Positions 43,989 through 53,462 are shown, numbered from the stretch's first letter. The stretch is DNA of 64,000 nt from a virus (IMGVR_UViG_3300031521_000016:35895-99894), one strand, 5' to 3'. The notes: generated by a model from the sequence alone, not told the origin. Translations and numbers: made by a program.

Positions 43989-44435
43989 TTATTCCACTTT
44001 TTTCTTCCGTGGAGCAGCTTTCTTAACTGTTGTTTCTGATGTAGCTACAGTTTTGGCACGTGGTTTGCGAACTTTTGCAGGCAAAACTTCTGATTCTACA
44101 GGGGCTGAACCAGTTACTGTACCATTTGATTCATCTACAGCTTTTTCTTCTTGTTCGATTGGTTCAGAGGTAAAACCGGGATCTGATACATTATTAAGTT
44201 TTAAGTTTGCGAAAGGTTTCCCTTGGTCAGGGGATAGAGAACGTTCAAACTTTGCAATAGTATCATCTACTGCGGTTACTGATGTTTCAACTGGTGCGGC
44301 AGTTTCTTCTTGAACTACAGCAGGAGCTTCTACTACTACATCTACAGGCGTTTCTGCTACAGACGGATCAGATTTCTTCGAAAGAACTAGAACGACTATA
44401 ATAATCGCTACAGCTACTAATAAAAATGTTGTCAT
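43989..44435 (-). CDS. membrane-anchored P/A/V/E-rich protein
   Basis: N-terminal TM followed by low-complexity sequence. Confidence 0.45.
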   Translation of the reverse strand: MTTFLLVAVAIIIVVLVLSKKSDPSVAETPVDVVVEAPAVVQEETAAPVETSVTAVDDTIAKFERSLSPDQGKPFANLKLNNVSDPGFTSEPIEQEEKAVDESNGTVTGSAPVESEVLPAKVRKPRAKTVATSETTVKKAAPRKKKVE

Positions 44436-44439
44436 TGTG

Positions 44440-44670
44440 TTATTTAATTAATTGTGGTTTATCTTTACTTTTGATTGAAAATTCTTTGTTTATATGTCCA
44501 CATTTTGAACATTTAAAAGATGGCATAGGTACTACAGTATCTTGTTGTGATCCGGTAACCAGTTTAGATATTCTATATAAATAGACGATATTTTCAAAGG
44601 TTCCATTTGAACATTCTTCACATAATATAGCAGTTCCATGTTCAGCAAGATTAATTCTTGATTGATCCAT
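44440..44670 (-). CDS. zinc-ribbon protein
   Basis: CEEC...CSKCGH (CxxC...CxxC). Confidence 0.45.
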   Translation of the reverse strand: MDQSRINLAEHGTAILCEECSNGTFENIVYLYRISKLVTGSQQDTVVPMPSFKCSKCGHINKEFSIKSKDKPQLIK

Positions 44671-44709
44671 ATTTTATTTTTATTTTTATAGATCAATCAA
44701 GAAAAAGTT

Positions 44710-45123
44710 TTATTTCATCGTTATCCTAAAAGCAGGAGTATAGAAAGTACCGGCTTCAGTAATTATATATGCACTGACATCGTAAGTTTTTCCGCTTTCT
44801 AATTCTACGTATTGAAAATATTGTGCGGCATCACCTAAATATGCAGTGTCATATGCAACATCATTTGGTTCGTCACCACCTACTTCAAGATATCGTACAC
44901 CTTTTTCAATGTAAGGAAGAGTGTCCCAATCAGATTGAAAAATAAAGAGTTGTAATCTTCCCCAACCAACATCGGTTGTACGAATAATTCGTAGTTCACC
45001 TATACCGTCTTCGGCAGTCATGTTAGTGTTTGTACTTGCAGACATTGAAGTCGTTGCGAACGCAGTCGATACCACAAATAGCGATATCAGAATAAATAAA
45101 AGTTTTTTCATTTTCATTTTCAT
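44710..45123 (-). CDS. secreted protein
   Basis: Signal peptide MKMKMKKLLFILISLFVVSTAFA. Confidence 0.5.
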   Translation of the reverse strand: MKMKMKKLLFILISLFVVSTAFATTSMSASTNTNMTAEDGIGELRIIRTTDVGWGRLQLFIFQSDWDTLPYIEKGVRYLEVGGDEPNDVAYDTAYLGDAAQYFQYVELESGKTYDVSAYIITEAGTFYTPAFRITMK

Positions 45124-45129
45124 TTGTTT

Positions 45130-45366
45130 TTAATTGTTATTTACTAATTCTGTTGTTTCTGTTACGATTAATTCATACTCAGGTTCTTCTATTTTGGTAA
45201 CGAAAAATAGATTGCCTTCTTTCCTGAATGCCGTTTCGACACCAAGTTTTTCTTTCATTTCATTCACATCGGAAACATTTGCTTCAGGCAATATCCTGAA
45301 TACTTCAAACATATCTTCTCCTACATATATGAAAGTACGTTTGAATAATTCTTTAGCTGTATACAT
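45130..45366 (-). CDS. hypothetical protein
   Basis: Track ORF. Confidence 0.4.
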   Translation of the reverse strand: MYTAKELFKRTFIYVGEDMFEVFRILPEANVSDVNEMKEKLGVETAFRKEGNLFFVTKIEEPEYELIVTETTELVNNN

Positions 45367-45868
45367 ATTTGCTTATTAATTTTATTGCAGATACTATAGC
45401 TTGTTCTAATGCATCTTCATATGAGACATAGTCATGTTTATCATATACGATTTTTCCTCGTAAGTCGATATATTCATTTCCAATATTGCATAATGCAAAT
45501 GTCCAATTATCTGTGATTGTTGGATTAACAATGATGTGAATCTTATGGCTTTTTCTGAACCATTTTTTTGCAATAGAAAGTGTCGGGGCTGGAATGTAAT
45601 TCGCTACAGTGTAAATTTCTTCTGGTGTAGTAGACCAAGATGGATTTGTGTCATTTAGTACGCAAAAATATCCTAAATCACCTTTAGCTATAGGGAATTT
45701 TACATCTTTCAGCATCTGAGCTGTACCAAAAGATACACGATCATCTTCTAAAATTTTTCCCAATTCTTCAAAACTGTATTTTTCTTTCGAAATAGTATGT
45801 AAATCTTCGGGACTTATTTTGTTAAAGAAGGTATCAATATGCATTCTTAATGTTTTTGTAAGTTTCAT
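45353..45868 (-). CDS. hypothetical protein
   Basis: Track ORF. Confidence 0.5.
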   Translation of the reverse strand: MKLTKTLRMHIDTFFNKISPEDLHTISKEKYSFEELGKILEDDRVSFGTAQMLKDVKFPIAKGDLGYFCVLNDTNPSWSTTPEEIYTVANYIPAPTLSIAKKWFRKSHKIHIIVNPTITDNWTFALCNIGNEYIDLRGKIVYDKHDYVSYEDALEQAIVSAIKLISKYVYS

Positions 45869-45874
45869 GTAATC

Positions 45875-45884
45875 TAATATAACA
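45875..45884 (-). promoter_or_regulatory. TGTTATATTA motif
   Basis: Only 7 nt upstream of the ATG at 45868, which would give a near-leaderless transcript. Confidence 0.3.
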
Positions 45885-45897
45885 AAAGATGATACGA

Positions 45898-46278
45898 CTA
45901 GATAATTTCTTTTAATGATTCAGCAGTCTTCAAGTATTCTTTTATGAACTGTGCCAATTTGTAGTCATATAGAGAAATATGATATAATAACCATTTTCTC
46001 GATATATTTACAAGTTCTTCACTTGTTTTATCACATTTCATTGATTCTAAACTATTAAGAAAGTCCGAATGCAAACATATATGAGATTTGAAATCTGGAT
46101 AATCTAGCAATAACATTATCTGCTCTTCGTGAGCAAAATGAATGCGTGAATAGTCTTTTAATGCCGCTACAGCATTAGTTACATCTATTTCTTCATTTTC
46201 TATTTGTTCGAAAATCTCGAAAAATCGTTGGTGATCATTATCTAAAATGTCAATCTCAAGCTTTAAAAAGTCTATCAT
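45898..46278 (-). CDS. hemerythrin-like HHE cation-binding domain protein
   Basis: Spacing of HFAHEEQIM ... HICLH ... WLLYHISLYDYK fits hemerythrin iron ligands. Confidence 0.5.
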   Translation of the reverse strand: MIDFLKLEIDILDNDHQRFFEIFEQIENEEIDVTNAVAALKDYSRIHFAHEEQIMLLLDYPDFKSHICLHSDFLNSLESMKCDKTSEELVNISRKWLLYHISLYDYKLAQFIKEYLKTAESLKEII

Positions 46279-47369
46279 GGCACGTATTGTATTTCAGGCC
46301 TCATCGTAGCAGAGGATTTCGGTAAAAATATTTTCGTTGCAGTACTAGTTTCTGAACCAGAAAAACTAACCGCCTCAGTTACAGATTTTTCATTAAAGCA
46401 TACATAATCACCAGTAGGAACTCTTTTCTCGCCGACTCCGACTTCATAGAATACTAACATGATTTTGCCATTTAGTGACTTAATGATATACTGTCTACAT
46501 AGTTCATCATATATTGCACATAATGAAGTATTATCGGGATTCAATAAAAAGTTGTCAACTATTTTAATGAATTTATCGTTCATGTTATTCTGCATATAGA
46601 ACTCGTATTGATACTTAATGAGCTCATAAGCAGAAGCAGGAGATTGTTTAGTCATATTTATGAAAATGGGAGACCAAACTGTACTAAACTTCTTACCAAA
46701 TGAAAAAGTTTCATAGTTGAATTTACAACCTGACTGTTCAAATATAGAAGAGATTGTTTCAATATAAGTTATCTTCGATCCTAGAGATTCACCTACAGCT
46801 GCATTAGTAGATTTTATCTCATACTCATTTTCATCTATGTTAACGTCTGAACTTTTATACGCATTTTTTACGAATAAGTCTAAGAGATATTCACCTTTAC
46901 CGCTAGGGTTTTTGCCTATTTGAGTATTCAAACTGTATATAGCTATTAACAATTCATCGATAGCTTTACTTTCAAACTGAAAATGTATCTTTATCTCATT
47001 AAAGATATTTCCCTTTTTTACACCTTCTTCGTATGTAAAAATGAAACTTTTGTTTAGAATTGCATCAAGAATGATATCGAAATTGACAGGATCTTGAAAC
47101 TGAAATTTTACTAACTTTCCTCTAAACTGATCCCATAAAATTTTGAATCCAGAGATTGGCTTTTCGATAGCAAAATAAGGCAAAATCTTCTTCTGTATCT
47201 CATCGTATAAGATTGGATCGTAAAGAAGTTCTCTCATTATTTTTTCCGTTTTCTTTTCATCAGATAAAAATGCATTAGCAATTCTGACTAAAAATGGTGC
47301 ATGATGCAAACTGCCATTCTTTGAATCGAAAAAATCTATAGAAGCTTTAAGTAGTTTAATATCTTCCAT
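46275..47369 (-). CDS. hypothetical protein (364 aa)
   Basis: Track ORF. Confidence 0.5.
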   Translation of the reverse strand: MEDIKLLKASIDFFDSKNGSLHHAPFLVRIANAFLSDEKKTEKIMRELLYDPILYDEIQKKILPYFAIEKPISGFKILWDQFRGKLVKFQFQDPVNFDIILDAILNKSFIFTYEEGVKKGNIFNEIKIHFQFESKAIDELLIAIYSLNTQIGKNPSGKGEYLLDLFVKNAYKSSDVNIDENEYEIKSTNAAVGESLGSKITYIETISSIFEQSGCKFNYETFSFGKKFSTVWSPIFINMTKQSPASAYELIKYQYEFYMQNNMNDKFIKIVDNFLLNPDNTSLCAIYDELCRQYIIKSLNGKIMLVFYEVGVGEKRVPTGDYVCFNEKSVTEAVSFSGSETSTATKIFLPKSSATMRPEIQYVP

Positions 47370-47401
47370 TTAAGCTCCGTTTTTTTAGGAGCTCTATACA
47401 T

Positions 47402-47656
47402 TTAAGCATTTTTATTGTGTATTTTTTTCAAATTAGATTCTATTTCAAGAATCTTATCTACTGGTACATTATCTGCATAAAAGCAGAAGTAGTTCCATTT
47501 AGATTTTATTTGGGAATATTTAAAGCCTGGTATCTTAACAAGTTCTAAAAATTCTGAGTCGAGAAAATCGATCGCTTCTTCGTTTAAAAGAGCACATCCA
47601 TAATGTCGTTCCTCTAAATAATATGCATATTTTGTATTAAATTCTGTCGAGGTCAT
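47402..47656 (-). CDS. hypothetical protein
   Basis: Track ORF. Confidence 0.45.
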   Translation of the reverse strand: MTSTEFNTKYAYYLEERHYGCALLNEEAIDFLDSEFLELVKIPGFKYSQIKSKWNYFCFYADNVPVDKILEIESNLKKIHNKNA

Positions 47657-47901
47657 AAAATATTGATAAAGTCACTAATATCTGGTAAATTTTTCTCATT
47701 TGGTAGAATTGAAATGTCGGGTTCACCATCATTGTCAAATTGAACGTAATATATGTCTGGTAAGATTTCCATTATTTCTACGCATTTAGGGCAATAGATG
47801 TTGTACATATTCAGTTGAGCAAGTTCTCTTATAGTCTGTACTGAACGTTCAGTTTCGAAACTGCAGCAAGGACACTGATATTTTCTATATTCGGTTATCA
47901 T
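47653..47901 (-). CDS. zinc-finger protein
   Basis: CPCC...CPKC. Confidence 0.45.
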   Translation of the reverse strand: MITEYRKYQCPCCSFETERSVQTIRELAQLNMYNIYCPKCVEIMEILPDIYYVQFDNDGEPDISILPNEKNLPDISDFINIL

Positions 47902-48101
47902 GTTCTATGCTCATCTAAAAATTGAATCTTAGCTTCAGCTTCAGATTCTTCGATATACAAGATTTCCACGGTTAATGCTTCAATCTTACGTTGTAGTAGA
48001 ACTAAATCGTGTTCTAATTTACGTTTCTGTATTTCTAATTCTCTCAACTGAGCTGCTTTTTCGTCTTCATAAGCATATATGCTCATTCCTGTACTTTTCA
48101 T
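47898..48101 (-). CDS. small coiled-coil protein
   Basis: Track ORF. Confidence 0.4.
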   Translation of the reverse strand: MKSTGMSIYAYEDEKAAQLRELEIQKRKLEHDLVLLQRKIEALTVEILYIEESEAEAKIQFLDEHRT

Positions 48102-49828
48102 CTTATTATTTTTATACGTTTTTGAAATTCTGGTGGAAAATTATTTCTGCTATTTCTGAATAAATCAGAGAGGCATCCGTCTAAGAAGTACGTTATTGCC
48201 CAATCATCTTTTGATCGTATACTTCTACCTACTCCTTGAAGTATTGCATTACATGTTTTCCAGTTGTACCATTCTGGCATATATTTAAGCTTTGCACTTA
48301 CAAACTTATCTCCTAATGATGGATATGGTACTTTTAAGAAAATTTGGAATCGTGATTTCTCATTCATTAAGTCTAAGCCTTCTAATATTGAAGGCCCCAT
48401 TAATACAGCATTCGGTATGTCATTGAATCGTTTTAATGCGTCATCCTTTTCTTTTGAATTACTATAGAGAATAATTCTCTGTTGTTCTTGAAAGTCTAAT
48501 GCATTAAATAATTTTGACGATATTTCATATGAACCACTATGAATTATACCACTGTCGGTTTCATGAGATCGTAGAAGTTCTTTGACTTTATCCTTCATCC
48601 AATCAAAGTTAGCTTCACGTTTAGCCATACTCATACGTTTGTCGGGATAGAAAAAGATAGGAGAATTATTGAAATCAAACTTCGATTCCATTCTCATGTA
48701 TTTAACTTTACTTGCTCCTATAGTCTTCATGAAATCTTTAGGATCGCCCATAGTAGCAGTCATTAAAAGCTTGAACTTAGCTTGTTCATGAAAGTGTCTA
48801 TTCATCATGTAAGATTCTTCTAGACAATTAAAAACTGCTCCTCCTTCTTGAGGATTCTTAACAATAAAATCTACCCCAACCTGAGAGATAATGTGATTAT
48901 AGTCTTCAAATTTACAGTGTGAATCTGATATGAAATCCGCTTGGGCAAAGGCAGCTCGCCAATCTCTTGGTATAGCTTTAGTAGATGGAAATCTAGAAGC
49001 AGCTTCTTTTTTCATAGGTTCTGCTGCTCTTGCATAATCACGTAAAAACAGTTCTATGTCTTTTAGTACAATAAATAGCTTTCCATTATCTTCCTCTTCT
49101 AATAAAGCTTGAATTATACGTTTTACTCTTGATGGCTGCCTAGAAGGTGCTGGAAATCCAGTCTTCTTTAGAAAAGCATAAAAATCTTCAGCTTTCTGTA
49201 CAAAATCTACGTTAATTTTTGGACTAAAGTGATTTTGTACAATCTCAGAAACTTTATGTGCTTCATCACATATCGTAAAATCTCTTATTGGGAAAGGTAC
49301 ACTTTTATTCTGTTCTTGCATTTTACCATCTACATAATTACGTTGCAATATCCAATACGGATATGTCATTAACGTTGTATATGATTTTATTGCCTTTTTT
49401 CTATTTACTAAATATCCGCATTCGTTAAAACATGGTAGTTCCTCAGCATCCTCATAAGATACACCCTGTAATTTACAGTCACCTAATGAAAATTTTTCGC
49501 CATTTACTGCACAAGTATAATTATCTATACCCTTGATATAGCCAAATCTATCAATTCGTTCAATATCTTTTAAGTATTGATCGAATAGTGATAGATCTGA
49601 TGCTAGAATATAACCTTTCATGTTATACTCATTTAATAAACTAGAAAAGAGAATTGCTATTACTGACTTACCAGAACCTGTAGGTGCATCTAATAAGTAA
49701 AGATTTTTTTCTCCTTTGAAAAAAGTATCTAGTATGTCTACTAGAACTTCAAATTGTCCATCTCGAAATTCAAAATTATCGCCGAGAAGTTTCTTTGCAT
49801 GTCGTATTATAGTATTATGGTCTATCAT
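48098..49828 (-). CDS. SF2 DEAH-box helicase
   Basis: Walker A DAPTGSGKS, DEAH box ICDEAHKV, and motif VI QGVGRSIR. Confidence 0.75.
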   Translation of the reverse strand: MIDHNTIIRHAKKLLGDNFEFRDGQFEVLVDILDTFFKGEKNLYLLDAPTGSGKSVIAILFSSLLNEYNMKGYILASDLSLFDQYLKDIERIDRFGYIKGIDNYTCAVNGEKFSLGDCKLQGVSYEDAEELPCFNECGYLVNRKKAIKSYTTLMTYPYWILQRNYVDGKMQEQNKSVPFPIRDFTICDEAHKVSEIVQNHFSPKINVDFVQKAEDFYAFLKKTGFPAPSRQPSRVKRIIQALLEEEDNGKLFIVLKDIELFLRDYARAAEPMKKEAASRFPSTKAIPRDWRAAFAQADFISDSHCKFEDYNHIISQVGVDFIVKNPQEGGAVFNCLEESYMMNRHFHEQAKFKLLMTATMGDPKDFMKTIGASKVKYMRMESKFDFNNSPIFFYPDKRMSMAKREANFDWMKDKVKELLRSHETDSGIIHSGSYEISSKLFNALDFQEQQRIILYSNSKEKDDALKRFNDIPNAVLMGPSILEGLDLMNEKSRFQIFLKVPYPSLGDKFVSAKLKYMPEWYNWKTCNAILQGVGRSIRSKDDWAITYFLDGCLSDLFRNSRNNFPPEFQKRIKIIR

Positions 49829-49861
49829 ATTAATTATATGAAGACCTATACAAAGTTCTAA

Positions 49862-50137
49862 TTATTTTTTGTCCCAATCTTCATCCCACTCTTCTTCATC
49901 AGCTTCTTCTCCAGGTGCAAGTAATGAGTTGATAAATGCAGCTGAACAGCTTTTATGTGTAGGATATGAGTTAAATTCTGGGTAAAAATGATGTACATCG
50001 TGAGGAGTGCCCATTGATATGCTTTTTCCACAATGTTCACAAGTTTTTGTACTTCTCCCTGACTTTACGGGACGATTTTCGTAATAATTTTCAGCTTCAA
50101 GATATTCATGCTTGACTCTTCCTTCTGTATTTTCCAT
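49862..50137 (-). CDS. small zinc-binding protein
   Basis: CEHCGK...HKSC; acidic C-terminus. Confidence 0.4.
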   Translation of the reverse strand: MENTEGRVKHEYLEAENYYENRPVKSGRSTKTCEHCGKSISMGTPHDVHHFYPEFNSYPTHKSCSAAFINSLLAPGEEADEEEWDEDWDKK

Positions 50138-50634
50138 TAGAATCCAAATTTAGTTGATATTTTTCGTTTACGTAAAAGCTTTAGTTCATTCTCATCAGAT
50201 AGTGTGCTCAATAAAGATTCACGTGTTATAGGATATACAAGTTTTCTTATATTCTTAACTATTAATGATTTCTGTAAAGCTAAAGCTAAATTCTCATATT
50301 TTGTGGGCAGCGCCGGTAATTGTATAGTTTCCCAGTTGCCAGATTTAGCAGTAATGTTCTTGGTTTCAATATCTATTTCTAACCCATAATCTTCATTTGA
50401 TGATAAAATCGATATAGCACATGTATTATCTACATTGCCGTAAAAAATCATTTTATCAAAAGTTTGTAGAATATCTATTGCACACGCAGTCAGACGTGAA
50501 ATGAATATATCGTCACAATCAATGAAACTTTCATCCCATAATACACTATGTGCAATATTATGGGATGAAGGCGTTTTGTTCACATCTCTGTAAATGACAA
50601 TACGTTGCATGTTTTTAGAGAATCCTAGAACCAT
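50137..50634 (-). CDS. hypothetical protein with C-terminal KFGF tail
   Basis: Ends ...RKRKISTKFGF; immediately downstream of the Nudix gene. Confidence 0.5.
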   Translation of the reverse strand: MVLGFSKNMQRIVIYRDVNKTPSSHNIAHSVLWDESFIDCDDIFISRLTACAIDILQTFDKMIFYGNVDNTCAISILSSNEDYGLEIDIETKNITAKSGNWETIQLPALPTKYENLALALQKSLIVKNIRKLVYPITRESLLSTLSDENELKLLRKRKISTKFGF

Positions 50635-51176
50635 GAAGGAAACAAGATCTGTAAAATTTGTTTAACTTTGTATCTGAATGGATGTTTCACCTTTTCATTG
50701 TAGATATTGTTTATGCGAGAATAATGATTGAATGCCCAATCGTAATTATGCAGACATTTGACATTTATCCATCTTAAATCTTCAACTTCATTTTCTTCAG
50801 AGCCAAGGCGGTTCAGATGAGGCAAAGGTTGAGTATAATCAAACTTTAAGACTAAGTAGTATCTAAATGTGATATTCTGCTCATTGTATGCATCTTCATT
50901 CCAAGAATCGAATTTGAGCATTTCTGGATCGATTCTGATCCCGGTTTCTTCGAATAATTCTCTTACACAACCCTGGCGAGAAGTTTCATCGTAATCTAAA
51001 TAGCCACAAGGTGCATTCCAATAGCCTTGAAAATTCGGTGTTCCGCTTCCACGTTTATTTGCTAAAATGTAAGTTTCACCATCTTTTTTTGCAAAAATGA
51101 AACCTGTTACAGCAGTGGCTCTGCTAATCCAATAAGTTTTACCTTCATGTTCAACTGGAAAATTTTTTCTACTCAT
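50625..51176 (-). CDS. Nudix hydrolase
   Basis: Nudix box GYLDYDETSRQGCVRELFEETGI (Gx5Ex7REuxEExGu). Confidence 0.75.
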   Translation of the reverse strand: MSRKNFPVEHEGKTYWISRATAVTGFIFAKKDGETYILANKRGSGTPNFQGYWNAPCGYLDYDETSRQGCVRELFEETGIRIDPEMLKFDSWNEDAYNEQNITFRYYLVLKFDYTQPLPHLNRLGSEENEVEDLRWINVKCLHNYDWAFNHYSRINNIYNEKVKHPFRYKVKQILQILFPSWF

Positions 51177-51352
51177 AATGTTGTTTGTTCTGATATTAAT
51201 TCTGATAAGATGTGTATAATGTCATCTTTAGTCATAAATAAAGGATAGTGTGTATGTGCTGTAGGAATATAACTGTTGATCTGATGTAGTAATTTACTTT
51301 TCAAATCGTCTCTTGCTTCTTGTCTATACTTTGCTTTATCTTCAGATGTCAT
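51173..51352 (-). CDS. small hypothetical protein (59 aa, not in track)
   Basis: Manual translation MTSEDKAKYRQEARDDLKSKLLHQ...; its stop overlaps the Nudix ATG (ATGA). Confidence 0.35.
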   Translation of the reverse strand: MTSEDKAKYRQEARDDLKSKLLHQINSYIPTAHTHYPLFMTKDDIIHILSELISEQTTL

Positions 51353-51434
51353 ATTAATAAGTTATTAATAAAGATATATTGATGATAGGTGATGATCTCT
51401 GTGTTATTGACTAAGATCATCACCTATGTATTTA

Positions 51435-52664
51435 TTACCAACGAATATTTCTCCGTTTTTCTTTTGTTTTCAATGGACTATTTTCGTCTGCAACATAATC
51501 ATTTGTTATTGACCAGTAACATACTCCTCCTGTTATAAGCAATGTTACTATCCAAGTCATTATTTTTGCCCATAGTGGTGGTTCTACACGAATGTATGAA
51601 AATTCTTCGAAGTGTCTTCGTTTCCATTCTTTGCCGATATATCGTATAGTAACTGTAGCAATCTGTTTTGGATCAAATTTACCAGATTCCATAATTCCTT
51701 GACGGATATCGGGAATTATTTGACGTTGTGGAGACCAAGTGAAAGGATATACCCAACTAATTCCATTACCTGAAGTATTTAGACCGATACAGATGACTAA
51801 TTCATTGTCGTTTCCACCTTCCCAAAGTGCTTCTTGATATCTTCCAGCTATTTCAGGTCTATTTGCAAAGAATAGAAAATATACTCTCGCATGTTTAGTT
51901 TTTCCGTAATATCCATTAATGTATGTACTCCACTGTCTCATTAATCCTTTGTCTTTTGGTGTCATCCATTTTACAGAATCGAGGCCAAGTACAGTTTCTT
52001 GTGACATACCGTCCACTTTTGGGTAATCGTATAGACTATAGGCTTTAATGTCTTGTTCTGTAACATCCATAAAATCGAAAGAGGAGTGAGCAGCTTTTAC
52101 ACGATTTTCATATGAATGCTCTGTAGTAGAAGATATAGCAGATAGTGCTACTTTATCCCATTCAAATTGATACATATCGCCATCTTTACCGTATGATCTA
52201 CCCCAAGAGTTATGATAATTAATGTGTCTATTAAGTTCTACGAATTGTGGTTTACCGTGCCATTTCTTTATCAATTGATTGTAATAACCAGATGATACTG
52301 AAAATGATTCTCCTAATGAATTTACAACTTTCCATTCTGGTTGATGTACATCACAATAAGAACAGTCATAATACACAGTATGTGATGTTCGATGCTTACC
52401 AGAACCTGAATAAGTAGTATGAGAACATGTTTTTTGTACCCATGTTTCATAATATTCATAATACTGTGCCTTTACAATTAAAGCACCATGATACTCTGTG
52501 TCAGTCATAGCAATTTTTTCTGTGACGACTTTAGAGATTCCGATGAAAATAACACTTACGGCAAGAGGCAGAATTAATTCCCACCATGTCATATCCTTCT
52601 TAAAGAATACGGCCATTACTACTATCCCAATTATAGGGACTAAGAGAGCAAACCAAATTGACAT
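51435..52664 (-). CDS. membrane protein (409 aa)
   Basis: TM helices at both termini. Confidence 0.5.
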   Translation of the reverse strand: MSIWFALLVPIIGIVVMAVFFKKDMTWWELILPLAVSVIFIGISKVVTEKIAMTDTEYHGALIVKAQYYEYYETWVQKTCSHTTYSGSGKHRTSHTVYYDCSYCDVHQPEWKVVNSLGESFSVSSGYYNQLIKKWHGKPQFVELNRHINYHNSWGRSYGKDGDMYQFEWDKVALSAISSTTEHSYENRVKAAHSSFDFMDVTEQDIKAYSLYDYPKVDGMSQETVLGLDSVKWMTPKDKGLMRQWSTYINGYYGKTKHARVYFLFFANRPEIAGRYQEALWEGGNDNELVICIGLNTSGNGISWVYPFTWSPQRQIIPDIRQGIMESGKFDPKQIATVTIRYIGKEWKRRHFEEFSYIRVEPPLWAKIMTWIVTLLITGGVCYWSITNDYVADENSPLKTKEKRRNIRW

Positions 52665-52695
52665 ATTTACATTTTTTAAATTGATTATTTTAAAC

Positions 52696-52705
52696 TAATA
52701 TAACA
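52696..52705 (-). promoter_or_regulatory. TGTTATATTA motif
   Basis: Between hairpin 52711-52737 and the start at 52664. Confidence 0.4.
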
Positions 52706-52710
52706 CAAAT

Positions 52711-52737
52711 GAGGGTAGGAAAAAAATTCCTACCCTC
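52711..52737 (-). terminator. hairpin (11-bp stem GAGGGTAGGAA/TTCCTACCCTC) followed by ATTTGTG
   Basis: Perfect stem immediately upstream of a TGTTATATT motif. Confidence 0.5.
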
Positions 52738-52862
52738 TTAACTGAAAAAATGTATTGATGCAAAAAGTTGCGTACGCAATTAAATTACTGCAATGATTTA
52801 CGAAATAACAGTTTCAGTCATAATAAAACCTAATTGATTTTATTATATATCTGCTCCTACTG

Positions 52863-53429
52863 TTAGAAAACGCTTACATTATTATCTTTTCCGGTTTTCA
52901 TTACTTCATCTGTACGATCAGATGTAATAGGCTTGTATTCTAGTGCTTTTCTACTGAAGAACAAGTTATAAAATGAACCGGGGAATTTTTGCAATAAGTT
53001 ATTATGTTCGAGAACAATACCTTGAATTATTTTTTCTTCAATAAAGAATCCGTCTCGTTGGCCTTCTATTTGGTTAGCCAAATTTTGATACATTTTACCG
53101 ATAATGTCGAAATTAGCATTCGGATTAGATTCCTGAACCCATTTCATAAATAGTCCTTGTGAATCTTTTCGACCGGCCATGATTGCATCTACATTATGTT
53201 TAAAAGAAGAATCTGCTTTCAGTGTTACCTGAGCATTACCAGAGATTGTTTTCCACATTTTGTCGTAGAATGCGGTACGTTCATCCATTTTTTGTTTAAA
53301 ACGGTTGTTCAAATCTACTTCATCATTGGAGAACCCGATGAAACCACTCGCAAAAATGAATGTGAAAATAACAGCTATACCAATACCTGCTATTTTAATA
53401 ATTGAAATTCCTTTGAAGTCTAAATTCAT
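52863..53429 (-). CDS. LemA-like membrane protein
   Basis: N-terminal TM and C-terminal HNNLLQKFPGSFYNLFF, resembling the LemA YNxxIxxFPxN tail. Confidence 0.45.
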   Translation of the reverse strand: MNLDFKGISIIKIAGIGIAVIFTFIFASGFIGFSNDEVDLNNRFKQKMDERTAFYDKMWKTISGNAQVTLKADSSFKHNVDAIMAGRKDSQGLFMKWVQESNPNANFDIIGKMYQNLANQIEGQRDGFFIEEKIIQGIVLEHNNLLQKFPGSFYNLFFSRKALEYKPITSDRTDEVMKTGKDNNVSVF

Positions 53430-53462
53430 TGTTTTTTTTATTTTATGATTATTTTTATAGAC

